From Octopus vulgaris (taxonomy: Eukaryota), in contig OX597829.1 in NCBI GenBank assembly GCA_951406725.2, positions 18,724,001-18,788,000 on the forward strand: 64,000 nt of DNA, in the 5' to 3' direction. A model generated the notes under the pieces. It did not search any database. It had not been told where the DNA came from and saw only the letters and a list, made by a program, of their open reading frames with translations. Shown piece after piece: positions 50,948-64,000 of the stretch. The translations under genes and the position numbers were made by a program. Position 1 is the stretch's first letter. Each line of letters opens with the position of its first letter.

Positions 50948-51337
50948 ATAAATAAATATTTTAACTTAAGAAAGAAAATTCTGTTGAATACTATTATTAG
51001 GAAGTCACTCAAGATTATTCCAAAATTCTTTTATTCTCATTTTTGTTTCAGCTATTTCACAGTGACTATTCTGGGCCATTACATCCTTTAGGGATTTTAG
51101 TCGAACAAATTGGCCCCAGGACTTATTTTCTAGGCTTGGTACTTATTCTATCAGTGTCTTTGGCTGAACCACTAAGTTACAGGGACATAAACATACGAGC
51201 ACCAGTTGCTCTGTAGGAACAAACTATACTGCAGAAGTAACCACAAGAGAAACTCCCATGTTAGCATTTGGTGCAAAATGCATTCTTGTTTATATCCCTA
51301 TTGGAGAGATAAATCCCTGCTGTCTCCAGTGCGGAGA

Positions 51338-51384
51338 CCACCAGATCATGTGATTTCAACCTTCTTTGGTCTCATCAGTGATGG
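51338..51384 (-). ncRNA. Compact type-I hammerhead ribozyme fold, intact core
   Basis: Minus strand: ccauca-CUGAUGA-gacc-aaagaa-gguu-GAAA-ucacauga-UC-uggugg. Confidence 0.75.
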
Positions 51385-51535
51385 GCACTCGACTGCTAGA
51401 AATAGTGGCAACTCATCTCCCCCTCCAGCGATATATAGTAACTTTTGATGTCAACAATTGCAATGTTTGTATTTATAAAATAAACTCATTTTATCAGTGT
51501 GTGTACATGTTTGTGTGTGCATGAGTGTGTGCATA

Positions 51536-51569
<34 letters not shown>

Positions 51570-52464
51570 CTTGTAGTTTATGAAATTCACAACAAAAGTT
51601 TGCAATAGTTTAGTCAATGGCTTAAATATTGAGAATAGAGCATAACATTATGATGGACGTCTGCAGATGTATCTTATACGAATTAGGACCAGTAATGCCC
51701 AGTTAATGATAGATTCAATATTTATTCAAAGCGAAATTGCACTGGGATTTATAAGAATAACAATTTCACTGACTGAGGAATTATTAGCATTTTTATCGGT
51801 CGAACCTATTCATAGCATGCATTTGAAACTGATATATCACTGCATTTAATCTCAGATGTATTTATGGTGCATTTAATTTTTTCCTATGTACAAGAGATAT
51901 CAGTTTCCTGGTCGTGTTGATTCTTTCATGATTCTGGTGTGCTTATCTATCAATTTCAATGGGAATTTGTCATTGAATTTTGAGTAGTAGATGTTCCTTC
52001 CCATCAACTGGTGCTTCTTTATGGCTTCTTCTCTGAACACATCAATGGCTATTCCCTTGGGGTGGGGTTGGTTCTGGTAAATAGTTAAATTGAGGAGGAA
52101 GCTATTATAACTTCAAAGTTTTTTTTTTTTTTTCCTTTCATTCTTGCCTCATATCACATAGTTCATTGATTAGGAACCGTTTCGGATGAATGACTTAGCC
52201 ATGACATTCAACCAATTGAGTCATTAAACTGTTCCATCTCACTCTACGAGTAATTATTTTTTCTTTTCCTTACTTATGTGCATGCACATCAACTGTGCCA
52301 CCTACATATTAAATTAAGCTCTAAGTGGCTGAGTACTTCTCAGATACATGTAACCTTAATGTAATTCTCAAACAGAATCAGTGTGGTAGTATGTGACACA
52401 ATTGAACCAGGTATTGATTAAAACCCCTAGAGGCACTAAGCACCTAAAAGATTTTGATGCCCCT

Positions 52465-52880
52465 TCATCATCATCATCATCATCACCACCATCACCATCA
52501 TTTAACATCCGTTTTCCATACTGGCATGGATTGGATGGTTTGACAGGAGCTGACCGGCTGAAGGGCTGTTCAGGCTCCATGTCTATTTCGACATGGCTTT
52601 TACAGCTGAATGCTCTTCCTAACACCAGCTACTTTACAGAGTGTACTGGGTGCTTTCTACATGACACCAGCACCTGCAAAATTACATGGCACCAGTACCA
52701 GCCTGCAAGATTAGGGATGCTCAGTTGGAGAGGGTTGCAAGGGATGAGCCTTCATGCAATGGCACCCATGCTTTTACTTAGCTTGATGTGTCTTTTCAAG
52801 TACAGCAAACCACCAGGAGTCTCAGTCCCCTGTCATCCCTTTTGTGAGTCCCAATATTTATAAATCCTTTCTCACTGCCA
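52465..52880 (-). mobile_element. RTE 3' fragment
   Basis: (cat)n tail + conserved UTR motif; same subfamily as 4563-4915 and 60741-61175. Confidence 0.8.
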
Positions 52881-53589
52881 CATATGTAATTCAGAATACA
52901 AAACGATAAACCGTAAAACAAATTTTATTTTTCTAAATGAAACAAAACTAACAGTAAGATGGGAAATAATGCTTATTTTTGCATACTCCCACTTCGTATT
53001 TGAACAGTTTTCTCCTACTTTTTTTTTTTAATTACAAAGTCTCTCATCAGATCCTCACTATGACAACTTGAACACTTCAAAATTATATTTCCGATCATAT
53101 AAAGTACTTCAAATATTATTTTAACAAGTTTAAAATGATTTCTTTTGTGCCCTAAACAATTTACCATTTCTGTGGTGGCCCCCACTCTTGATGCCCTAAA
53201 GACATTCTTATTTTGCTTAATAGTTAATTCAGCACTGGACTGGCCTTCAAATTACAGCTACTGTCAATCTGGCAGGCTTTCGTGTAGATCTTGTCTACCT
53301 AATTTCATAAAAATTGTTTGTTTAACTTGACCCAACATACCCACGATGCCATGTGCTAAGAATCGAACCTGAAACTTCATGTTTGCAAAGTGAATTTCTT
53401 GGCTGTGTTGGTAGGAAAAAAATTGCTTCCCAGCCACATGGTTTCAGGTTCAGCCTCACATGGCACCTTGGGCAAGTCTTTTCAACTATAGCCCTGGGCT
53501 AAGCCATAAGCTGATAAGGCTGGTTTCCCAGGATTCTGTGGTGTATATATTTCTCTTAATTATATACATATTATATATATGACTTATCA

Positions 53590-53883
53590 CGCATGAGAAG
53601 ACTCGTCAAGTTAAGCGAAATCGTAGTCATGGCAATTCTGGTGTCATGTAACTGGCATGTAAAAAGCCCCCATTACACTCTTGGAGTGGTTGGAATTAGG
53701 AAGGGCATCCAACTATAGAAATCATGCCAAATCAGAGTGGAACTTAGTACGGCTCTCCGGCTAATCAGTTCCAGTCTAACTGTCTAACCCATGCCAGCAT
53801 GGAAAGCAGACGTGAAATGATAATGATGATAATATACACATATACACATATGTATATATATATAGACATACACACACACACAC

Positions 53884-53915
<32 letters not shown>

Positions 53916-54285
53916 GACATGTTGGGGCAAGCGAAAGCGAAATCGAATTGAACCAGCCAGGATCCCTGGTCTGGTGGTACGTAAAAAGAACTATCTGACT
54001 CGTGGCCGATGCCAGCGCCGCCTCGACTGGCTTCCGTGCCAGTGGCACATAAAATACACCAATCCGACCTTGGCCGTTGCCAGCCTCGCCTGGCACCTGT
54101 GCAGGTGGCACGTAAAAAGCACCCACTACACTCACGGAGTGGTTGGCGTTAGGAAGGGCATCCAGCTGTAGAAACATTGCCAGATAAGACTGGAGCCTGG
54201 TGCAGCCTTCTGGCTTCCCAGATCCCTGGTCAAACCGTCCAACCCATGCTAGCATGGAGAACGGACGTTAAACGATGATGATGAT
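53590..54285 (+). mobile_element. Two RTE 3' fragments
   Basis: 53590-53830 old; 53915-54285 very close to the reverse complement of 30420-30790. Confidence 0.85.
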
Positions 54286-54629
54286 ATATATATATGTATA
54301 TATATATATGATATAATATTATATAAATAATATAATATATTTATGATGCACTCTTCCATTGAAAATAAGACAGAAAAAGAAAAAAAAGACAACCAAATAG
54401 ACAATCAGCACCAAATTCTCATTACCATTTCTACTATTCACCAATGTTTGTAATTCATTCACTTCACCTGGTCACTCCTCATGAAAGTCTTCAGGCCACC
54501 AAAACCAATATGGATCTGAGAAGGACTTATTAAACCAGCACACCTGATCTAACTAAGTAATCACACATTAGACAATGGTGGTTTTGCAAGAAGACTTGTT
54601 CTGTTGCTATATTTTCCTATCTTGCCCAT

Positions 54630-54663
<34 letters not shown>

Positions 54664-55490
54664 GTCTTCCCACTCTGCTTGAAACTAATGAAGGCAGTTG
54701 ATTGCTCTTCTTCGTCAAACCACATTGTCATGTAAACTAGAAATGTTTCTGGACTTACTTGGCTCTGCTACTTTTTTCAACATTCTACTCCCTCCTTCTC
54801 ATCCAAATCACCCCATTCCCCAACTCTCTTTCTCTCTCTCTCTCTCTCACTCACCGCCCCCCAAAGCATATTTACCAATACCCACGGCACCCCTATGTTT
54901 CTCTCTCTCTCTCCTTTTGCCATCCATCCTGGTATTGTCAACCATCATTCACTCCTACCACCCATATGACCCTTTCACAGTTTATACTACTACTACTGCT
55001 ACTGCTGCTGCTGCTGCTACTACTACTACTACTACTACTACTACTAATGCTGCTACCATCTTGCTCTCTCCTCAGCCATGTCCTCCTGAATGAAAAAAGT
55101 GCTTTCCAGTGGTAGGGACTCTCAACTGTTTGGGGGTACATGGTGACCCCACTTTTTGGGTATCCCCCCCCCTGCCAAAATAGATTCCATTAAGTCTATC
55201 TGCTGCTTTCCCTATCACTCTGATACTGTCTTACCTCCCTATCACTCATCTCTCTCTCTCATTCCATCTCTCTTTCCCTCTCTCTCATTCCATCTCTTTC
55301 TCTCCCCTCTCTCTCTGTTCCATCTATCTCTTTCTCTCCCTCTCTCTCATTCCATCTCTCTTTCTCTCCCTCTCTCTCATTCCATCTCTCTTTCTCTCCC
55401 TCCCTCTCATTCCATCTCTCTTTAGTTAGTTAGTTAATTTTTTGGATCAAAAAGCAAAAAGCAAGGCCATGTAGGGGGACATGGAGTTAT

Positions 55491-55856
55491 GTACAGGGTG
55501 GTGTTCATGTAAAGAGTTCAGGCCACTTGTGGTCAAGGGAGACTTTGAATCGAGTGGTCGTGGGCATCTTCACTATTCTCTCTTCTCTCATTCCATCTCT
55601 CTCTTTTTCTCCCCCTCTCTCTCTCTCTCCCTTTCCTATCCACTGTATCATGCCTTTGGTGTAACTGTAAATAGCTGTACATCTCATCTCACTGTTCTAT
55701 TATGCTCCCCATGTAACTAGGGGTGACATTGTTCCTATCCAATCCACTTCCTTTTTCTCACACTCACACGCACTCTCTTGACTGCTTGTACCAAAACAAA
55801 TGTGTACGAAGGAATGTTTTGGACCTCTCACCACCACCACCACCACCACCACCTCT

Positions 55857-55900
<44 letters not shown>

Positions 55901-56418
55901 TATCATCATCATCTTCATCATTTAACATCCATTTTCCATGCTGGTATGGGTTAGACGTTTTAACAAGAGCTGCCAAACCAGAGAACTGCACCAGTCTCCA
56001 CTGTGGACAATGGTAAGACTGAAAGATGGCTGAGTGTGTTGAGTAAAAACAGATCTAATGCTATCCCTTATGCATAGGTCCCTTGGTGGGGGAGATAGGA
56101 AGAAGGATAAAGATAATGGTAGAGGATATTGTCACAAAAAAAGCACCCAATCAGCTGTAATGTTGTTGGCATAAGGAAGGGTATCCATCTATAAAAACAA
56201 TACCATAATGGACCTTACCAGTGCTGGTGCCATGTAAAAAGCACCCAATCCACTCTGTAAAGTGGTTGGCATTAGGAAGGGCATCCAGTAGCAGAAACCA
56301 TACTGTAACAACAGACAGTGGAGAGTGGTGCAGTTCTCTGGTTTGGCAGCTCTTGTTAAAACGTCTAACCCATACCAGCATGGAAAATGGATGTTAAATG
56401 ATGAAGATGATGATGATA

Positions 56419-56459
<41 letters not shown>

Positions 56460-56825
56460 AGAGGTGGTGGTGGTGGTGGTGGTGGTGAGAGGTCCAAAAC
56501 ATTCCTTGGTACACATTTGTTTTGGTACAAGCAGTCAGGAGAGTGTGTGTGAGTGTGAGAAAAAGGAAGTGGATTGGATAGGAACAATGTCACCCCTAGT
56601 TACATGGGGAGCATAATAGAACAGTGAGATGAGATGTACAGCTATTTACAGTTACACCAAAGGCATGATACAGTGGATAGGAAAGGGAGAGAGAGAGAGA
56701 GGGGGAGAAAAAGAGAGAGATGGAATGAGAGAAGAGAGAATAGTGAAGATGCCCACGACCACTCGGTTCAAAGTCTCCCTTGACCACAAGTGGCCTGAAC
56801 TCTTTACATGAACACCACCCAGTAC
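55491..56825. repeat. ~510-bp near-perfect inverted duplication with ~310-bp spacer
   Basis: Arm 55491-56004 is the reverse complement of 56315-56825; the ORF track shows near-identical ORFs on opposite strands. Confidence 0.95.
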
Positions 56826-56908
56826 TATTTAAGACACTTAGTTTTTCACTCTAGTACCCTCTCAAAACATGACTCTATTTCTAACATCATACTCTCATTC
56901 TTCTTACC

Positions 56909-57604
56909 TAGGGTGGAGTGAAAATAAAAAAAAATTGTGGAAATTGAAAATGCCAGAACTAAAATGTTGATGTTGCTATATTTGACAAATACTAAATTTT
57001 TGCTTTGATCGGTCAAGGGCATTTACTTCCTCACATCCCCCAACTCCGCTATTGTAAAACATTTACAAAATCACCCATTTCCGGAATTTCTTGGGCTTGA
57101 GGGAGTAAATGCCTGTGATTGATCTAAACAAAAATTTTGCATTATCTCTCTATATATAAACGGCAGTTTGTCTGTCTGTGTGTCTGTGTGTCTGTCAGGT
57201 TGTACCCTCACCCTGACCACGGCTTTCAACCGATTCTGATGAAACTTGACACACACATAGCCCAATGTCATAATTCAAAACTAACGCAGCGAAAATTTTG
57301 AAAAGTTCCCCCAGTTCTGAAAAAAATCGATAAATTCGACATGGGGTCGAGAATCAGAAACACAAACCACAGACTGTCTAGGGGACGCAACTCGACCTTT
57401 TTAACTCAAAAAAAATTACCATAGTTTTTTTTCCATTTTTTTGCTATTTTTTGGCTATAACTCTCTAAAAATGCTTTATAGTTATTTCCCTTAAAAACCC
57501 GAGCAACGCCGGGCGATACTGCTAGTTCTAGTAATTAAATATAGCAACATTTTAGCCCTCAGGCATTTTCAATTTCCACAATTTTTTATTTTCCCTTCAC
57601 CCTA
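56909..57604. mobile_element. MITE with long TIRs (TAGGG.., hAT-like) hosting a Helitron
   Basis: tagggtg.ag.gaaaataaaaaa..ttgtggaaattgaaaatgcc..ctaaaatgttg mirrored at ~57535-57604; no clear TSD. Confidence 0.7.
57145..57525 (+). mobile_element. Non-autonomous Helitron
   Basis: A|TCtctctatatataaa..(gtct)n..cccgagcaacgccgggcgatactgCTAG|T. Confidence 0.88.
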
Positions 57605-58071
57605 CGTACTCATCTACCCAACATCATTGTTCTTCTGTCACTGGTCACTCTAGTGTTCCCCTTGTCACTCAACGCTTTGGGCAAATGAACACATCATAGA
57701 GTAATGAAAACTCTTTGGTATTACAGTGTACAAAGCTATTTCACTAGTGCTGGTGCCACATTAAAATACACCCTCTGCAACCAGCAAAGTAGTTAGTAGA
57801 TGAGTGAAGACAACATAGAGTCAAAAGACTCATTTAAACTTCTCAACTTCTTTAACCTTTTTATATTTGGTTAACTCAAGCCAGTGAGCTGGCAGAATTA
57901 TTAACATGCCAGGCAAAATGCTTGGCGGCATTTCATCTGTCTTTACATTCTGAGTTCAAGTTCTGCTGAGGTTGACTTTGTCTTTCACACTTTTGAGGAT
58001 GATAAGATATGTACCAAAATTGCTGGCTTTGTGCCAAAATTTGAAATCAACAATTACCATTACCCACGCCA

Positions 58072-59068
58072 ACCCTATGTTTCTCAGATTACTCTGTCTA
58101 TTGTAATGCTTATATGTTCACATTATTTTGAATTAATCATGCATTATCTAATAGCTTTGAGATTTCAATGATGTGATTGTTCATTTTCAGAATGATATTG
58201 TCAGATAGGTGTGAGAGGTTGGATCTAGCCAGTTTGAACACAAAACATTGAAAATTTTGACTGGATATGGCCAATTTAAATGCTAAGAAGGCAATGTTTG
58301 TATTTGTATTGTTGTTGTTCCAGTGTCTTAGAGCAAACCTGTTTTTCTCTAATATTGTTTAGTGATTGTATTGTTGAATGGGACTCAGTGCTTTGCTGCT
58401 GTTATTAACCCTTGGACATTCAGATTACTCAGTCAAATGTAATGCTAATATATTTATTTACATTGTTTTGAATTAATCTCTTTTACTCTTTTACTTGTTT
58501 CAGTCATTTGACTGTGGCCATGCTGGAGCACCGCCTTTAGTCAAACAATTCAACCCCAGGACTTATTCTTTGTAAGCCTAGTACTTATTCTATCGGTCTC
58601 TTTTGCTGAACTGCTAAGTTACGGGGACGTAAACACATCAGCATTGGTTGTCAAGCAATGTTGGGGGGACAAACACAGACACACAAATACATACACACAC
58701 ATACACATATATATATATATACATATATACGACGGGCTTCTTTCAGTTTCCATCTACCAAATCCACTCACAAGGCTTTGGTTGGCCTGAGGCTATAGCAG
58801 AAGACACTTGCCCAAGGTGCCATGCAGTGGGACTGAACCCAGAACCATGTGGTTGGTAAGCAAGCTACTTACCACACAGCCACTCCTGTGCCTATATAAT
58901 CGTGTTTTATCTCATAGATTTGAGATTTCAAAGATGAGATTGCTTATTTTTGGAATGACATTGTTGGATAGGTGTAAGAGACTAGATCTGGCTGCTTTTT
59001 TTTTTTTTTTACTTAAAACAAGTAGAATTTTTGATGTGGATATGGTTAGTTTAAATGCTAAACTGTTA
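58072..59068. mobile_element. Two piggyBac-like MITE copies, the second interrupted by a full SINE A (58480-58893, -)
   Basis: (tt)aaccct..cagattactc.gtc..atgtaatgct starts at 58072 and 58404; ends tttaaatgctaa; compare 63002-63152. Confidence 0.65.
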
Positions 59069-59345
59069 AATACTCGTATCATGAAAAGGTGCACCGAGTT
59101 TATTTCGTAAAGTGATTGGTGTCAGAAAGGACATCCAATCAAATAAACCATTCAAAAATAAAAATGGATGAGTGAAGCATGGTTCTTTGGCTGCCTCTAG
59201 GAAGATAGTAACTTTCAGTAAGAACTGACTTCAACAAGGGGTAACAAACTGTCCACCACATGCCAGCATGGAAAGTAGACATATGATGATGCTGGTGTTT
59301 GTTATAGTGGTGGTATGTATATATGTGTGTGAGTGTGTGTGTGTA

Positions 59346-59395
<50 letters not shown>

Positions 59396-60049
59396 CATAC
59401 ATATACACACACTCTCTCTCTCACACACACACGCGTGTGTGTGTACTGAAGTGTTTGTTTCTTAGATGTATGTGAGCTAAAACGTTTAAGTGTATATGTA
59501 TATACATATAGTCAGACATACACACATATACATACATACCAATGTACACACACACACACACACACACACATACATTCTTTATTAAAGCATGGCTGAGTGG
59601 TTAAGATGTTAACTTTGCAATTATCAGTTTCCAGGTTTGATCTCCCCACATCACATCTTGGGTAAGTGTTCTTTTTGTATAGCTTTAAGTCAACCTCTTA
59701 GCCTTGTAAGTAGAAATGAGTAGCCTCCAATTGATCATGTTATTAAATATAATTTCATTCAAAATTTCTGGTGATTAGGAAACCTGTACATTTTTGGAAT
59801 GGTCAGAGCATAGAGAATCAGAAAATCAATACTGGCATTTGCATAGTCACCTGCATGGCCAACAGCCATTTTCGATTTTCAAATAGCTGCCTTAAATACA
59901 TACTTGGCGCTTTCTTTGTTTTTAGTCAGTTTAGAAATTTAATTAAATGTGTTAATTTTGTTTTCTAGGTCAAGGAATTGAATAAAAGTTTGGGAATAGT
60001 GATCAAGAATACAGAAACATAACAAAGATAATTGAAAACAATTCTCTTT

Positions 60050-61175
60050 TACATGCAGTGACATGTAAAACATCCATGTAGTGCCACATAAAAATGCCCA
60101 TGTGGAGCCACATTAAAAGCACCTGTGTGGCTCCATGTAAAAAGCATCTGTTGGTGCCATGTAAAAGCACCCATCACACTCTGTAAAGTGGTTGGTGTTA
60201 GGAAAGGCATCCAGTCACAGAAGCCATGCCAAATCAGACTGGAGTCTGTTGCAGCTCCCCAGCATGCCATCTTTGGTCAAACTGACCAACCCATGCCGAC
60301 ATGAACAACAGACATTAAATGATGATGATAATGACAATGATGATGGTGATGATGATGATATTTGTGATGCAGTTGTTTTACACAATTCCTATTGAAAGTC
60401 CTTTGAAGTTTTAAATACAGATTTATTAAGTAACAAAGCAGACTTCTTAGTTATCAGGTTGAACCATAAGTTCCGCATGCAGGAACTATTTGGTCTGTAT
60501 CTTTCAGAAATAAGGTTTTACACATCTTCATTGCTTTCTTGGGTGTGTAATTTCGGGCAGCGCCACAGTCCATCTCATTTTCACAGTTACTGAAGTTTTG
60601 CAGAGGCCATGTTGTGTTGTGTCTCCTCCGTAAATTCCTCTCAGTTGTGCAATGGTGTTTTCACTGACATATGACCAATGACATAATGGTCAGTGATACC
60701 ATTGGAACTTTCTTATTGGTAGGTGGTGTCTTACAATGTTCATCATCATTATCATCGTCATCATCATTTAATGTCCATTTTCCATGCTGGCATGGGTTGG
60801 ATGGTTTGACAGGAGATGCCCAGGTTCCATTTCTGTTTTGGTATGGTTTCTACTGCTGGATGCCCTCCTAACACTAACCACTCTACAGAGTGTACTGGGT
60901 GTTTTACACAGCACCAGCACAGGTGCTCTTACGTGGCACCAGCACCAAGAACCCGCTAGGTTAAGAATGCTCAGCTGGAGACAGATGCAGGGAACAAGCC
61001 TGTATGCAAAGCCAACTTTGTTTTTTTGCTTTTACTTAACTTGATGTGTCTTTCCAAACACAACAAACCACCAGAATTCTCAGCCCTCTTTCATCCACTC
61101 TGAATCCCAATGTTTGTAGATCTTTTCTCACCACTATGTCCCACATCTTCCTAGGTCTACCCCTTCCACATCCTT
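60050..61175. mobile_element. Two convergent RTE 3' fragments
   Basis: 60050-60358 (+) and 60741-61175 (-) with degenerate (GAT)n tails. Confidence 0.75.
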
Positions 61176-61222
61176 ATATTTCAGAGTCTTGGAACCTCAC
61201 CCTACACTCTAAATGTACATAT

Positions 61223-61630
61223 AGCACAGGAGTGGCTGTCTGGTAAGTAGCTTGCTTACCAACCACATGGTTCCGGGTTCATTCCCACTGTGTGGCACCT
61301 TGGGCAAGTGCCATCTACTATAGCCTCAGGCCAACCAAAGCCAAAGAGTGGATTTGGTAGACGGAAACTGAAAGAAGCCTGTTGTATATATGTATTTATA
61401 TATGTATGTATGTGTGTATATGTTTATGTGTCTGTGTTTATTCCTCAACATTGCTTGACAACCGATGATGGTGTGTTTGCATCCCCATAACTTAGCAGTT
61501 CGGCAAAAGAGACCGATAGAATAAGTACTAGGCTTACAAAGAATAAGTCCTGGGGTCGAGTTGCTCGACTAAAGGTGGTGCTCCAGCATGGCCACAGTCA
61601 AATGACTGAAACAAGTAAAAGAGTAAAGAG
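61223..61630 (+). mobile_element. SINE family A, full length
   Basis: Family similarity. Confidence 0.9.
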
Positions 61631-61796
61631 TATATTCAGTGTTCTTCTTAAAACAATACCACCTGCTGTGGGATGGCAGTTGCTGCCTTCTTCTGCAAGA
61701 TGTTTGCAACGCTGATGCCATTTTGGTGTTTGGTCACCTTCCTCTATCAGTTTCATTAATACTGAGATGATGTTCCTGTCAGCTTTCTTGTACTCT

Positions 61797-62978
61797 CTCT
61801 CTTTTACTCTTTTACATGTTTCAGTCATTTGACTGTGGCCATGCTGGAGCACCACCTTTAGTTGAGCAAATCGACCCTGGGAATTATTCTTTGTAAGCCC
61901 GGTACTTATTCTATCGGTCTCTTTTGCCGAACCGCTAAGTTACAGGGACATAAACACACCAGCATCGGTTGTCAAGCAATGCTAGGGGGTCAAACCCAGA
62001 CACACAAACACATACATACATATACATATATATACACATATACGACAGGCTTCTTTCAGTTTCCGTCTACCAAATCCACTCACAAGACATTGGTCGGACC
62101 GGGGCTATAGCAGAAGACACTTGCCCAAGATGCCACGCAGTGGGACTGAAACCGGCCGGACTTATTCTATCGGTCTCTTTTGCCGAACCGCTAAGTTACG
62201 GGGACGTAAACACACCAGCATCGGTTGTCAAGCAATGCTAGGGGGTCAAACCAAGACACACAAACACATACATACATATACATATATATACACATATACG
62301 ACAGGCTTCTTTCAGTTTCCGTCTACCAAATCCACTCACAAGGCATTGGTCGGCCCGGGGCTATAGCAGAAGACACTTGCCCAAGATGCCACGCAGTGGG
62401 ACTGAAACCGGCCCGGTACTTATTCTATCGGTCTCTTTTGCCGAACCGCTAAGTTACGGACGTAAACACATCAGCATCGGTTGTCAAGCAATGCTAGGGG
62501 TACAAACACAGACACACAAACACATACATACATATACATATATATATATACACATATACGACAGGCTTCTTTCAGTTTCCGTCTACCAAATCCACTCACA
62601 AGGCATTGGTTGGCCCGGAGCTATAGCAGAAGACTCTTGCCCAAGATGCCACGCAGTGGGACTGAAACCGGCCCGGTACTTATTCTATCGCTCTCTTTTG
62701 CCATACCGCTAAGTTACGGGGACGTAAACACACCAGCATCGGTTGTCAAGCAATGCTAGGGGTACAAACACAGACACACGAACACATACATACATATACA
62801 TATATATATATACACATATACGACAGGCTTCTTTCAGTTTCCGTCTACCAAATCCACTCACAAGACATTGGTCGGACCGGGGCTATAGCAGAAGACACTT
62901 GCCCAAGATGCCATGCAGTGGGACTGAACCCAGAACCATGTGGTTGGTTAGCAAGCTACTTACCACACAGCCACTCCT
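61797..62978 (-). repeat. SINE family A with a 4x tandem amplification of its ~258-bp interior
   Basis: acttattctatcg..gggactgaa units start at ~61904, 62160, 62418 and 62678; single head and single tail. Confidence 0.93.
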
Positions 62979-63001
62979 GTTGAAACGACATGGTTTTTCT
63001 G

Positions 63002-63152
63002 AACCCTTTGGTATTCAGATTACTCTGTCACATTGTTTTGAATTAGCCTCACATTGTAGGGTAGGTATGAGAAGCCAGTTCTGTCCAGTTTGAACATAAA
63101 ACATGTAGAATATTTTGGCGGGATGTGACCTGTTTAAATGCTAAAGGGTTAA
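63002..63152. mobile_element. piggyBac-like MITE (deleted)
   Basis: aaccctttggtattcagattactc ... tttaaatgctaaagggTTAA. Confidence 0.65.
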
Positions 63153-63394
63153 TCCAGAGAATATTCCATGAATGTGGAAAATATCAGTAGCATGACTGTC
63201 TTGTCTCATCTCATCTATCTTAAACTTCAAAGTATGAGGTGCAGGAGTGACTGTGTAGTAAGTAGCTTTCTTACCAACCACATGGTCCTGGGTTCAATCC
63301 CACTGCATGACACCTTGGGCAAGTGTCTTCTACTATAGCATTGTGAGTGGATTTGGTAAACGGAAACTGAAAGAAGCCCATCGTATATATGTAT

Positions 63395-63996
63395 CAGGCC
63401 ATAACCCATGGCCCCTACCTGGGACGTAGTCAGTCCACCTGTGCATACCTTCCTTCTTGTGACACTTGTGAAGACCTGTTGAGGCAAGTGAAAATCAAAA
63501 CAAATCAAAATAGATGAACATCAATGGAATTTGTATCTTTGTGGTACCAGTGCCGGTGGCACGTGGCACACAAGAAAACCATCCGAACGTGGCCGTAGCC
63601 AGTACCGCATCGACTGGCCTCCGTGCTGTGGGCACGTAACAAGCACCATCCGATCGTGGCCGTTTGCCAGCCTCATCTGGCACCTGTGTCGGTGGCACAT
63701 AAAAACACCATCCGTAGCGTGGCCGTCTGCCAGCCTCGTCTGGCACCTGTGTCGGTGGCACATAAAAAACACCATCCGAGCGTGGCCGTTTGCCAGCCTC
63801 GTCTGGCACCTGTGTCGGTGGCACATAAAATCACCCACTACACTCTCGGAGTGGTTGGCGTTAGGAAGGGCATCCAGCTGTAGAAACACTGCCAGATCTG
63901 ACTGGACTGGTGCAGCTTTCGGGCTCCCCAGACCCCAGTTGAACCGTCCAACCCATGCTAGCATGGAAAGCGGACGTTAAATGATGATGATGATGA
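63395..63996 (+). mobile_element. RTE 3'-UTR fragment with an internal ~62-bp tandem repeat
   Basis: ccatccga.cgtggccgtttgccagcctc.tctggcacctgtgtcggtggcacataaaaa x3 (~63646-63830); (gat)n tail. Confidence 0.88.
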
Positions 63997-64000
63997 TATG

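Noticed and set aside
61904-62930. Regularly spaced repeats suggesting a CRISPR or gene array
   Set aside because: Units are near-identical SINE interiors with no spacers

Overview
Eukaryotic, AT-rich, extremely repeat-dense non-coding DNA, very likely from an octopus/coleoid cephalopod. That assignment is inferred from the tRNA-derived SINE families, the RTE LINEs with (GAT)n tails and the microsatellite load; it was not checked against a database. No host protein-coding gene could be supported, and almost all long ORFs in the track are translations of microsatellites. Recognisable content: a 5'-truncated but nearly complete RTE LINE (30399-33894, minus; APE + RT, frameshifted); an old RTE/BovB-like LINE (~700-4020); L1/Tx1 remnants; about 15 short RTE 3'-end copies; more than 30 SINE copies or fragments from about 4 families; mariner and pogo/Tc2 remnants; three Helitrons; piggyBac-like and fold-back MITEs; several satellites; and a ~510-bp near-perfect inverted duplication. 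The most interesting signal is a set of small Penelope-like elements, mostly embedded in (TA)n, carrying minimal type-I hammerhead ribozyme folds from several unrelated families. One is a 343-bp fold-back element whose two hammerheads have the core GUGAACA, a compensatory G3-C8 swap of the canonical CUGANGA. All structures were read by eye, activity is untested, and boundaries of degraded elements are approximate.
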